Positions 51,953-62,178 of a stretch of DNA of 64,000 nt are shown in pieces. The stretch is from assembly GCA_964016885.1 (NCBI GenBank), contig OZ024747.1, positions 26,350,001 through 26,414,000 of the forward strand, in the 5' to 3' direction. The notes under the pieces are model-generated. The model was not told the origin of the DNA, did no database searches, and worked only from the letters and a program-made list of their open reading frames with translations. The translations under genes and the position numbers were made by a program. The DNA comes from Eledone cirrhosa (lineage: Eukaryota). The stretch's first letter is position 1. Every line of letters begins with the position of its first letter.

Positions 51953-54900
51953 GATTTCTTTATTAACCACAAGGGTTTACATAAAGTAGACATTAAGGAC
52001 AGTGCAGGACAATACAGGACGGTACAAATGGGCATTTCTGCGTGTAAAAAACAAAAACAGAGGTTGTAACAAAAAAATAACAATGAAAAATTCCCCAATA
52101 GGGGGTAGACTTCGGAGGGACATTTGTGGAGAAAGCCCATTAAAAGGCCACAGTGATCCCCTGACCACCAAGGCAAGTGCCGTCTCCCAGTTTTCCACTT
52201 TAATTTACAGACACATACTCAGACCACCAACGACAAGCGCCGAGAGCCGCGGCAGTCCGTCGAGGTAGACACTAAAGTCCATCCCTCGATCCGGCCCGCC
52301 GCTGCCCCCGAACAGTTGAGCGAAGTGTCGCTGAAAAGCTTCACACATTTTCCCAGGATCAAGGAAGCATGCGCCCGTCGTGGTCCACCACGACGGGCGC
52401 ATGCTACTCGGGCCCATTGAAGGGCTTTCGTCCCCTCGTGTCTGAGAGCACGCATCCTAGCTCTGACAACACAGCCTTCGTGCTTTGCATTGAAGAATTG
52501 GTCAAGGGCCAATTTCGCCGCAAGTACGTCGGTCGCGATGCCATTGCTAAGCGCCTCGTCTAATTTTCTAACAAGTTCTCCCTCTGCTCTATTTTTCTCT
52601 ATAACTAAAGCCTTACTAAACCTAATGGACTCTATTCTAGTCGCTCTTTTCAGAGCAAACCACCACTTGTTGTTGACGATTGTCCCCGTCAACGCTCGCT
52701 TAACTAGTTCGCTAATCCGGTCTCTGTAGGCCTTGCGCGCTGGTAAGGACGCGTTTAGCTTCCAGTAGCCGGGTCCTCGTCTATGAAGCCTATCTAAGTC
52801 AAACACACAGATCACGAATTTGTGGTCCGTGTAGCTGACTATCTTGAATTGTGGACAGCTTATGCTAAACCTATCTATTTCCCTACAAAATACTCTATCT
52901 AGATATGATCTGGATGACCAAATGCGATTTGTCCAAGTCCACATTGGCACATTTGGGAAATCCAATCGGTACCTGTCAGACAGTTCAAAACTCCTGAGCA
53001 GGTCGGTGAGACTCTTGCATCCTCCTCCCCTATCCGCTAATACCACACAGTCCCAGCGTGCATCTAAGATCCCGTTCCAGTCGCCCACTAACACTAAAGA
53101 GTGGGACGTTCCTAGAAAGGTCTCCAGACGCCGGAAGAAATCAGGCCGTCCTGCTCCTGTCGGGGCATAGACGGCCACAAGCCTGAAAGCTTGCCCTTCT
53201 CCGCTGGTCACGTCCAGCACCACCAACTTACCTTCTGGGTCCAGGAAGATGGCCCGTATGGCGAGATCCAAACCTCTCCGAAAAAGCACAGCAACTCCTC
53301 CCCCCGATCCCGGACGGCTGGGAGATGCGTACACTTCGTAACCGCCGAAGATCGGTGCGAAGGCCCGTGCTTCGGAGATTCTGGTCTCGCTGATAGCCAC
53401 TACATCTATGTTTAGTGACCTGAGGTCGTTGAGCAGGTGGCCCAGCTTCCATGTCGACCCCAAGCCACGCGCATTTATGCTGCCTATTCTGAGTGAGGTC
53501 ATGTTGAAATGGAGTGGAAATGATGGGAAAGACCACTTACCTTACTTCTTCTTTCAGAGGAAGGATGGTTTCACCATCCCTTTTTCACTTGATCGTCTGG
53601 TGAAGGGACCGTTGAATTGCCCCTTCGGTTGGTCGTCGGTTCTTCTGTGAGTATATCTGAATATACCCTCCGGTTGAGTGTCCCCCCTAGGTCTCTGAAA
53701 TCACCAACTGCGTTGGGGAATTTCGTTTTAATGTCCGTATATTGTTTCTGTGCTATTTTTACCAGTCTTATGTTCGTTGGTGTTTTGATTGGTGCTGGTA
53801 TTATATAGTCGTGCTGTGAAATGTCTGTGTGTTCAATTATGTAAGTCATTAATTTCTTGTTATATGTATTTATTGCTGTGCATTTGTTTTTCTGGGGGTG
53901 GGGTGTGGTTCTGCTATTTTCTTGTCGTTGTTGCTGGGTGTGTGTGTTTTGTTGTGTTTGCGATATTGGTGCTTGTGGTGGTGGTGTTGAAGGTGTTGTT
54001 GTTGTTGGCGGTGGGCTTGCCGCCGTTGGTGATGGTGGTGCTAGTGTGGGTGGTGATGGTGTTGGTGGTGTTGCTGCTGTAAATCTTTTTGCTGTAGCCT
54101 TTACCCTTTTTTCGTTTCTTTCCTCCCTTTACGAAGTCGACGATGCGCTGCTTCTGCGTTTGTGCCTTCTTGCGTCCTTTTGCCATCCCTCTCTCACCTC
54201 ACACTCCATGTCCGATTCTGTGAGGTCGGGGAGGGGTACCAGCTCCACTCTTTCACTTGTTGTTGTTGGTGATGTTTGCAGTGGAGTCTCTGTTGCAGCT
54301 GCAGTTGGTATTGCTGTTGTTGTTGTTAATACTTCCACTGCTGCTGCTGTTCTTGATTTCCGTGGCGTGGGTATGGGTGCCACGGACCTATCCTTCCTGG
54401 TTGCCGCCTGTCCTGTTGCTGGTAGCAGTGGAGCCTGTTTCGGAAGGAGGGGGGGTTCTCCTTTCTCAGGGTGTTCTTATTGCAGAAGGCCCTGAGGTGA
54501 GTCTTCGATCCACAGCGAAAGCATTTCGGGCATTTTCCCTCAACACTTATGGGCAGTTGAGTGCCGTTATCGAAGTCTATCACATCCGGGATAGCTTCGA
54601 TGCAGTCCTGGTTGGTTTGGATTAACATCTCAATGGAGGTGCCGACCCAATCTTCTCGAACTTTTTTCTGTACTTGCAGTACAGTTGTTTTGTCCTCGAT
54701 TCCGACGAGGACAGACGCGGCCAGCCAAGAAGGGGCCATCCCGGGGGGGACGTGGGTCAGTTTGACCCTCACAATTTTTTGTCCGCAGTAGGAGGGCACC
54801 AACACCATTTCCTCGCTCCTTAGGGTCACTAAGGATTGAGCCTTTGCCTCCTGGAGTGTGGCAAAAAGCACGTCCACGGTGGCATATTTCTTGCCTCGGG

Positions 54901-55909
54901 TGATATGCGTTTTCCGCTGCCACACAGACCCTAAGGCTTTTTGTATTTGAGCCTCTGTGGCCCTTTCAACCCTACAGGATTTTGTGCTTACTGTACGGTA
55001 CGACCGTACAGTGCTGTTGGGTTTCGAAAAAATTTTCGGCTGCCTTGCAGATTGCTCGGTGTCCAGTTTTCGTCACCATCTTCTTTGCTTCCTGTAATTC
55101 CTCATTTGTTATAAGGATGGTTTCCAGGTTCTTTGCGATACCTGCAAACGAGATTAGTTTTTCTTTGTTGTTGTTGTTGTTGTCGTCGTCAGAGCTGCTG
55201 TTACTTTTGTTGTTGCTGCTGGTACTACGACTGCCGCCGCCGCTGTTGCTGTGGTTGTTGTTGTTGTTGTTGTTGTTGTTGCTGCTGCTGCTGTTGTTGT
55301 TGCTGTTGCTGCTAATGCTGTTGTTGTTTATGCTGCTGCTGATGCTGTTGCGGCTACTACTATTGTTTTCCTTGTCACTGTTGCTGCTGCTGATGTTGTT
55401 ATTACGGCTGCTACTGCTATTATTCATGACGTCAGACGAATGAAATGGGTTTTCGTATTTACCGCACACCCTTTCGTCGTTGTCGTCGTCGTGGAGAAAT
55501 GTTCCACGTTTTGCACGTGATTTTGGAAACTTTTTTCTTTACTGGCGTCGCTTGCGAAAGAGAAGGCGGAGGGGAGAGAGACACATTTAGAGAATGGAGA
55601 GAGAGAGACAATCTTCTCTCTGGTGTAGTGACGAATGAGGAAGAAGAAGACGGAATGAGTGGGAGTGACTTATGAAAATTCTTTTTTGTAGCCATGTTTT
55701 TTTTGGTTTAAAATAAATATTGGGCACAACACCCCAATAAGCGGTTATTTAACCCCGAAGGGCCAAATAACGGGCAGAAAGACCCCTCTCACGAGGAGGA
55801 GGGTGTTTTTGTCTACAATTTGGTTAAAGTTTTAAACAATTTACAATTGTTATAGCGGTTAAAATTTACTATACCTTACAGAGCCGAGCCTCCGTCAACC
55901 ATGGCATTC
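51953..55909 (-). mobile_element. Tx1-clade non-LTR retrotransposon copy T1 (both ends present, RT deleted, ORF1 frameshifted)
   Basis: Same termini as T2. APE domain ORF starts at 53502. A large internal deletion lies near 52222-52240. Flanked by (AAT)n on both sides. Confidence 0.9.
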
Positions 55910-55962
<53 letters not shown>

Positions 55963-56223
55963 TTTCTTTATTAACCACAAGGGTTTACATAAAGTAGACA
56001 TTAAGGACAGTGCAGGACAATGCAGGACGGTACAAATGGGCATTTCTGCGTGTAAAAAAAACAAAAACAGAGGATGTAACAAAAATAACAATGAAAATAA
56101 CAATGAAAAATTCCCCAATAGGGGGGAGACTTCGGAGGGACATTTGTGGAGAAAGCCCAGTAAAAAGCCACAATGACCCTGACCACCAAGGCAAGTGCCC
56201 TCTCCCAGTTTTCCACCTTTAGT

Positions 56224-59200
56224 TTACAGATATATACTCAGAGTCGGCCCATTCACTCGGGCCATTCTTGCTTCTCTCACCCATCTTTCAACAAAATGCT
56301 GGGAAGAGAGCACTTCCTTCTCTACTCTGATTTTCCTTTTCAAATGAAATTTGAAAAAGTCAATCAGAGCATCACCGAAGAGGTAAGTGCTCGTCTTCAG
56401 CCCTTTCAAACGTGTCCACCATACTATCTCTTTCGCCATGGCCACCAGACAGATAAAAACTGCCTGCCCTTCCCGGCTAAAGGAGGAGGGCGGGGCAATC
56501 CTCACGATAGACTCAGATGATAGCTGGATCCGTCCTAAACGCGACAGCAGGTGTTCGACATAAACCCACAAGTCAGCAATTTTCGGACACTGGACGAGTG
56601 CGTGCAGGACGGTTTCGTCGCCCTGCGCGCATCTCGGACATGCCCGGCTGACGGCACCTCCATGCCTGTAGAGTTTATCCCGAACTGGCAAGGCTCCTCG
56701 GTAGCACTGCCAGGCCAGAGATTTCTGGAAGTTGTCCATAGGCCCTGGCCCGAAAGTTCTTCCGAAGAGATTGGCTAGTTGATTTTCGTCGACGCCTAGA
56801 GTTTCCCCAAGTACGTCGTCGCTCTTCCCCTCCACTAATCCTCTATAGAACGCCGAGGTGGAGTTTCCACCGATCACATTGCCCGATTGGTCGAGGGCTG
56901 TGAGCGCCTGAAGACATTCCAGTCTCCAGGCGCTCCCTCTCGGTCTTCGCTTGACCCAGGACTGCAGCTCCGTCAAGGAAACGAGCTGGGGAAAAACGCG
57001 TCTAGCAAACGGCGACCACACCTGATCACCGTCGAGGAAGAGGTGGAGATGTCGTAGCCTGAGCGCGTGCCTGCGCATCATCAGCCACGGCATGCCCAGC
57101 CCTCCACGTAGCGGGTGTTGACAACAGATGGACCGCCTGACCATCGGAGCACGTCCCTTCCACAAAAAGCGAAAGAGCAAACGCTCCAGCGCAGTCAGGC
57201 GAGGCTTAGGACAAGGTACGACGGTTAGGCGGTAGCAGATGACAGACGCGATGTACGCGTTAGCCACCTCCGCTCGACCTTTCAGGGATAGCTTCCTCTC
57301 CGCCCATTTCTGGGTGAGAGAAGCCACCCTGCTCGTCACCTCGTCCCAGTTTTTGTCCGTCTGGAGGTCCGGACCGAACCAGACCCCTAGCAATTTAACC
57401 GGTCCGTCCGTCCAGCGCCCGACGACGCTGTTGGACGGCATGGACCTGCCTCTCCAGGTGCCGAGCTGCAGGCCCACTGACTTTTCCTGGTTGATCATTG
57501 CTCCTGTCACCGCTTCGTATTCTCTTAGTGTAGTGCCGATCGCCTCGATGTGTTTGGCGTTCGACACCACTACGGTGACATCGTCCGCATATGCTGACAC
57601 GGATCTTCCGCATCCTAGTTCGCGCGGGACTCCCCTCAACGTCCCCAGTTTGTGCAGTAATGGCTCGAGAGTCAATACGTACAAGAGGGACGAGAGGGGA
57701 CATCCTTGGCGGACCGAGCGCATGATGTTGAACGGTTCCGACAGGTGACCGTTCACTCTCACCACAGAGCAGATGTCGCTGTGCATGGCAGCGATCCAGC
57801 CTCTGAAGACGGGCCCAAAGCCAGCCGCCCTCAGGACTGCCGCTAGGTAACGATGGTCGACCCTATCGAAAGCTTTCGACTGATCTAAATTGATCAAGGA
57901 CCCACCCGTGCCAGGTTCCCTAGCTACCCTCTCTACGATGTATCGCATGAGGTGGAGGTTGTCGTGGATGGATCTGTCGGGAATGGCGCATGTCTGCGCC
58001 TCTCCCACCAGACCACCAACGACAAGCGCCAACCTCTTTGCTAGCACCTTGGCCAAAATCTTAAACTCTGTGTTTAGCAGAGTTATGGGCCGGAAATTGT
58101 CTATGTTATCCCCCTTGTTCGGATCCTTTCTCAGCAGTGCCACCGCTCCTCGGCTCACAGAACTGGGAATTCTCCCGTTCTGTTGCCAGTTGCAGTAGAC
58201 GTCCGCCAAGAGGCCTCCGAACAAGTCTGGCATCTGTACGTAAAGTTCATAGGGCAGACCATCCAAACCAGGCGATTTACCCCTTGTGCAGCCAGTCATT
58301 GCCTCCCGTACTTCAGCGGCTGTTATCGGCTTTTCGCAACACTTCGCCTCAGTGGCCGAGAGCCGCGGCAGTCCGTCGAGGTAGACACTAAAGTCCATCC
58401 CTCTACCCGGCCCCCCGCTGCCCCCGAACAGCTGAGCGAAGTGTCGCTGAAAAGCTTCACACATTTGCCCGGGATCGAGTAGCATGCGCCCGTCGTGGTC
58501 CACCAAAGACCGGATCGTGGCTTTGTTGCCACGACGCGCCTCCGCCACTCGGGCCCATTGAACGGCTTTCGTCCCCTCGTGTCTGAGAGCACGCACCCTA
58601 GCTCTGACAACGCAGCCTTCGTGCTTTGCATTGAAGAATTGGTCAAGGGCCAATTTCGCCGCAAGCACGTCGGTCGCAATGCCTTTGCTAAGCGCCTCGT
58701 CTAATTTTCTAACTAGTTCTCCCTCTGCTCTATTTTTCTCTATTGCTAAAGCCTTACTAAACCTAATCGATTCTATTCTAATCGCTCTTTTCAGAGCAAA
58801 CCACCACTTGTTGTTGACGATGGCCCCCGTCAACGCCCGCTTAACTAGTTCGCTAATCCGGTCTCTGTAGGCCTTGCGCGCTGGTAAGGACGCGTTTAGC
58901 TTCCAGTAGCCGGGTCCTCGTCTATGAAGCCTATCTAAGTCAAGCACACAGATCACGAATTTGTGGTCCGTGTAGCTGACTATCTTGAATTGTGGACAGC
59001 CTATGCTAGACCTATCTATTTCCCTACAAAATACTCTATCTAGATATGATCTGGATGACCCTATGGGGTTTGTCCAAGTCCACATTGGCACATTCGGGAA
59101 ATCCAATCGGTACCTGTCAGACAGTTCAAAACGCCTGAGCAGGTTGGTGAGGCTCTTGCACCCTCCACCCCTATCCGCTAATCCCACACAGTCCCAGCGT

Positions 59201-59643
59201 GCATCTAAGATCCCGTTCCAGTCGCCCACTAACACTAAAGAGCGGGACGTTCCAAGAAAGGTCTCCAGACGCCGGAAGAAATCAGGCCGCCCTGCTCCTG
59301 TCGGGGCATAGACGGCCACTAGCCTGAAAGCTTGCCCGTCTCCGCTGGTCACGTCCAGCACCACCAGCTTACCCTCTGGGTCCAGGAAGATGGCCCGTAT
59401 GGCGAGATCCAAACCTCTCCGAAAAAGCACAGCAACTCCTCCACCGGATCCAGGACGGCTGGGAGATGCGTACACATCGAAGCCGCCGAAGATCGGTGCG
59501 AAGGCCCGTGCTTCGGAGATTCTGGTCTCGCTGATGGCCACTACATCTATGTTTAGTGACCTGAGGTCGTTGAGCAGGTGACCCTGCTTCCATGACGACC
59601 CCAAGCCACGCGCATTTATGCTGCCTATTCTGAGTGAGGTCAT
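56224..59643 (-). CDS. Tx1-like ORF2, 1139 aa: APE endonuclease, RT and C-terminal Cys/His finger
   Basis: SINARGL, ISETR, VYAP, GDWN, LDRVF, TDH (APE); YWKLN; KSPGLDG, FRPITLLN, DQSKAFDRVDH, QGCPLS, YADD (RT); CPRC..ETVLH..QC. Confidence 0.95.
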   Translation of the reverse strand: MTSLRIGSINARGLGSSWKQGHLLNDLRSLNIDVVAISETRISEARAFAPIFGGFDVYASPSRPGSGGGVAVLFRRGLDLAIRAIFLDPEGKLVVLDVTSGDGQAFRLVAVYAPTGAGRPDFFRRLETFLGTSRSLVLVGDWNGILDARWDCVGLADRGGGCKSLTNLLRRFELSDRYRLDFPNVPMWTWTNPIGSSRSYLDRVFCREIDRSSIGCPQFKIVSYTDHKFVICVLDLDRLHRRGPGYWKLNASLPARKAYRDRISELVKRALTGAIVNNKWWFALKRAIRIESIRFSKALAIEKNRAEGELVRKLDEALSKGIATDVLAAKLALDQFFNAKHEGCVVRARVRALRHEGTKAVQWARVAEARRGNKATIRSLVDHDGRMLLDPGQMCEAFQRHFAQLFGGSGGPGRGMDFSVYLDGLPRLSATEAKCCEKPITAAEVREAMTGCTRGKSPGLDGLPYELYVQMPDLFGGLLADVYCNWQQNGRIPSSVSRGAVALLRKDPNKGDNIDNFRPITLLNTEFKILAKVLAKRLALVVGGLVGEAQTCAIPDRSIHDNLHLMRYIVERVAREPGTGGSLINLDQSKAFDRVDHRYLAAVLRAAGFGPVFRGWIAAMHSDICSVVRVNGHLSEPFNIMRSVRQGCPLSSLLYVLTLEPLLHKLGTLRGVPRELGCGRSVSAYADDVTVVVSNAKHIEAIGTTLREYEAVTGAMINQEKSVGLQLGTWRGRSMPSNSVVGRWTDGPVKLLGVWFGPDLQTDKNWDEVTSRVASLTQKWAERKLSLKGRAEVANAYIASVICYRLTVVPCPKPRLTALERLLFRFLWKGRAPMVRRSICCQHPLRGGLGMPWLMMRRHALRLRHLHLFLDGDQVWSPFARRVFPQLVSLTELQSWVKRRPRGSAWRLECLQALTALDQSGNVIGGNSTSAFYRGLVEGKSDDVLGETLGVDENQLANLFGRTFGPGPMDNFQKSLAWQCYRGALPVRDKLYRHGGAVSRACPRCAQGDETVLHALVQCPKIADLWVYVEHLLSRLGRIQLSSESIVRIAPPSSFSREGQAVFICLVAMAKEIVWWTRLKGLKTSTYLFGDALIDFFKFHLKRKIRVEKEVLSSQHFVERWVREARMARVNGPTLSIYL

Positions 59644-59678
59644 GTTTAAAATAGAGTGGAAAAGATGGGAAAGACCAC

Positions 59679-61772
59679 TTACCGTACTTTTGGTAGAGGA
59701 GGGATGGTTTTTACATCCCTTTTCACTTGATCGTCTGGTGAAGGGACCGTTGAATCGTCCCTTCGGCTGGTCGTCGGCTCTTCTAAGAGAATGTCTGAGT
59801 ATACTCTTCGATTGATGGTTCCTCCTAGGTCCCTGAAATCACCAACTGCGTTGGGGAATTTCGTTTTAATATTTGTGTATTGTTTCTGTGCTATTTTTAG
59901 CAGTCTTATGTTAGTTGGCGTTTTGATTGGTGCTGGTATTATGTAGTCCTGTTGTGAAATGTCTGTGTGTTCAATTATGTAAGTCATTAGTTTCTTGTTG
60001 TGTGTATTTATTGCCGTGCATTTGTTTTTCTGGGGGTGGGGTGTGGTTCTGCTATTTTCTTGTCGTTGTTGCTGGGTGTGTGTGTTTTGTTGTTGTGTTT
60101 GCGATGTTGGTGCTTGTGGTGGTGGTGTTGAAGGTGTTGTTGGCGGTGGGGTTGTCGCCGGTGGTGATGGTGGCGCTAGTGTGGGTGGTGATGGTGTTGG
60201 TGTTGTTGCTGCTGTGGGTCTCTTTGCAGTAGACTTTACCCTTTTCTCATTTCTTTCCTCACTTTTCAAAGGCGACGATGCGCTGCTTCTGCGTTTGTGC
60301 CTTCTTACGACCTTTTGCCATCTCTCTCCCACCTCACACTCCATGTCTGATTCTGTGAGGTCGGGGAGGGGTACCAACTCCACTCTTTCACTTGTTGTTG
60401 TTGGTGATGTTTGCACTGGAGTCTCTGTTGCAGCTGCATTTGGTATTGCTGTTGTTGTTGTTAGTATTTCCACTGCTGCTGCTGTTTTTGATTTCCGTGG
60501 AGTGGGTATGGGTGCCACGGGCCTATCGTTCCTGGTTGCCGCTTGTCCTGTTGCTGGTAGCCGTGGAGCCGGATTCGGAAGGAGGGGGGTTTTCTCCTTT
60601 CTCAGGGTCTTCTCGTTGCAGAAGGCCCTGAGGTGAGTCTTCGATCCACAGCGAAAGCATTTCGGGCGTTTGCCCTCAACACTTATGGGCAGTTGAGTGC
60701 CGTTATCGAAGTCTATCACATCCGGGATAGCTTCGATGCACTCCTGGTTGGTTTGGATTAGCATCTCAATGGAGGAGCCGACCCAATCTTCTCTTACTTT
60801 TTTCTGTACTTGCAGTACAGTTGTTTTGTCCTCGATTCCGACGAGGACAGACGCGGCCAGCCAAGAAGGGGTCATTCCGGGGGGGACGTGGGTCAGTTTG
60901 ACCCTCACAATTTTTTGCCCACAGTAGGAGGGCACCAACACCATTTCCTCGCTCCTTAGGGTCACTACTGATTGGGCCTTTGCCTCCTGGGGTGTGGCAA
61001 AAAGTACGTCTACGGTGGCATATTTTTTGCCTCGGGTGATGTGCGTTTTCCGCTGCCACACAGACCCCAAGGCTTTTTGTATTTGGGCCTCTGTGGCTCT
61101 TTCCACCCTACGGGATTTTGTACTTACTGTACGGTACGTGACCGTACAGTGCTCTTGGGTTTCGAAAAAATTTTTCGCTGCCTTGCAGATTGCTCGGTGT
61201 CCGTTCTTGGTCACCATCTTCTTCGCTTCCTCTAATTCCTCATTTGTTATGAGGATTGTTTCCAGGTTTTTCGCAATACCTGCAAATGAGATTGGTTTTT
61301 CTCTGCTGTTGTTGTTGTCGTCAGAGCTGCTGGTACTTTTGTTGTTGCTGCAGGTACTACGACTACTGCCTCCGCCGCTGTTGCTGTGGTTGTTGTTGGT
61401 GTTGCTGCTGCTAATGCTGTTGTTGTTTATGCTGCTGGTGATGCTGTTGCGGCTGCTACTGTTGTTTTCATTGTCACTGTTGCTGTTGTTATTACGGCTG
61501 CTACTGCTATTATTCCTGACGTCAGACGAATGAACTGGGTTTTCGTATTTCCCGCACACCTGTTTCGTCGCTGTCGTCGTCGTGGAGAAACCTTGCACGC
61601 TTTGCACGAGACTTTTCTTTTCTTTCGTCACTTGCGAAAGAGAAGGGAGGGAGAGAGACACATTTAAAGAAGGGAGGGAGAGAGACAATCTTCTCTCTGC
61701 TGTAGTGATGATTGAGGAAGAAGAAGACGGAATGAGTGGGAGTGACGTATGAAATTTCTTTTTCGTAGCCAT
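59679..61772 (-). CDS. Tx1-like ORF1 (gag-like, ~697 aa) with one CCHC knuckle and low-complexity S/N and T/P tracts
   Basis: The ATG of MATKKKF is conserved in T1. Zinc knuckle CFRCGSKTHLRAFC. The ORF ends 35 nt before ORF2. Confidence 0.85.
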   Translation of the reverse strand: MATKKKFHTSLPLIPSSSSSIITTAERRLSLSLPSLNVSLSLPSLSQVTKEKKSLVQSVQGFSTTTTATKQVCGKYENPVHSSDVRNNSSSSRNNNSNSDNENNSSSRNSITSSINNNSISSSNTNNNHSNSGGGSSRSTCSNNKSTSSSDDNNNSREKPISFAGIAKNLETILITNEELEEAKKMVTKNGHRAICKAAKNFFETQEHCTVTYRTVSTKSRRVERATEAQIQKALGSVWQRKTHITRGKKYATVDVLFATPQEAKAQSVVTLRSEEMVLVPSYCGQKIVRVKLTHVPPGMTPSWLAASVLVGIEDKTTVLQVQKKVREDWVGSSIEMLIQTNQECIEAIPDVIDFDNGTQLPISVEGKRPKCFRCGSKTHLRAFCNEKTLRKEKTPLLPNPAPRLPATGQAATRNDRPVAPIPTPRKSKTAAAVEILTTTTAIPNAAATETPVQTSPTTTSERVELVPLPDLTESDMECEVGERWQKVVRRHKRRSSASSPLKSEERNEKRVKSTAKRPTAATTPTPSPPTLAPPSPPATTPPPTTPSTPPPQAPTSQTQQQNTHTQQQRQENSRTTPHPQKNKCTAINTHNKKLMTYIIEHTDISQQDYIIPAPIKTPTNIRLLKIAQKQYTNIKTKFPNAVGDFRDLGGTINRRVYSDILLEEPTTSRRDDSTVPSPDDQVKRDVKTIPPLPKVR

Positions 61773-61985
61773 GTTTTTTTGTTTAAAATGAAATTTTGGG
61801 TACAAAACCCCAATAACTGGTTATTTAACCCCGAAGGGCCAAATAACGGACAGAAAGACCCCTCTCACGAGGAGGAGGGTGTCTTTATCAACAATTTGGT
61901 TCAAGTTTTAAACAATTTACAATTGTTTTAACGGTTAAAAATTACTATACCTTACAGAGCCGAGCCTCCGTCAACCATGGCATTC

Positions 61986-62031
<46 letters not shown>

Positions 62032-62145
62032 GGGAACAGCAAGAACCCTCCGATACGTCCTGAATATCTGAGGCTGCAGGTAGTGGCTTGATATTCATTC
62101 CAACAGACTTTCCAGTTAACTAACATCAATGACTGAGATTCAAGG
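62032..62145 (+). mobile_element. Family A extreme 3' fragment (A7, 114 bp) between two Tx1 copies
   Basis: Last codons plus the whole 3' UTR of family A, flanked by (AAT)n on both sides. Confidence 0.92.
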
Positions 62146-62178
62146 AATAATAATAATAATATTAATAATAATAATAAT

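Larger units (their letters stand above)
55961..61985 (-). mobile_element. Tx1-clade non-LTR retrotransposon copy T2, full length and intact (~6.0 kb)
   Basis: Minus strand: (TTA)n-GAATGCCATGG 5' end, ORF1, ORF2, 3' UTR ending AATAAAGAAATC-(ATT)n. Confidence 0.95.

Noticed and set aside
61855-61890. HDV-like ribozyme in the Tx1 5' UTR (tcctcgt resembles L3)
   Set aside because: P3 is mismatched and no separate P1/P2 pseudoknot can be built. A simple hairpin fits better.
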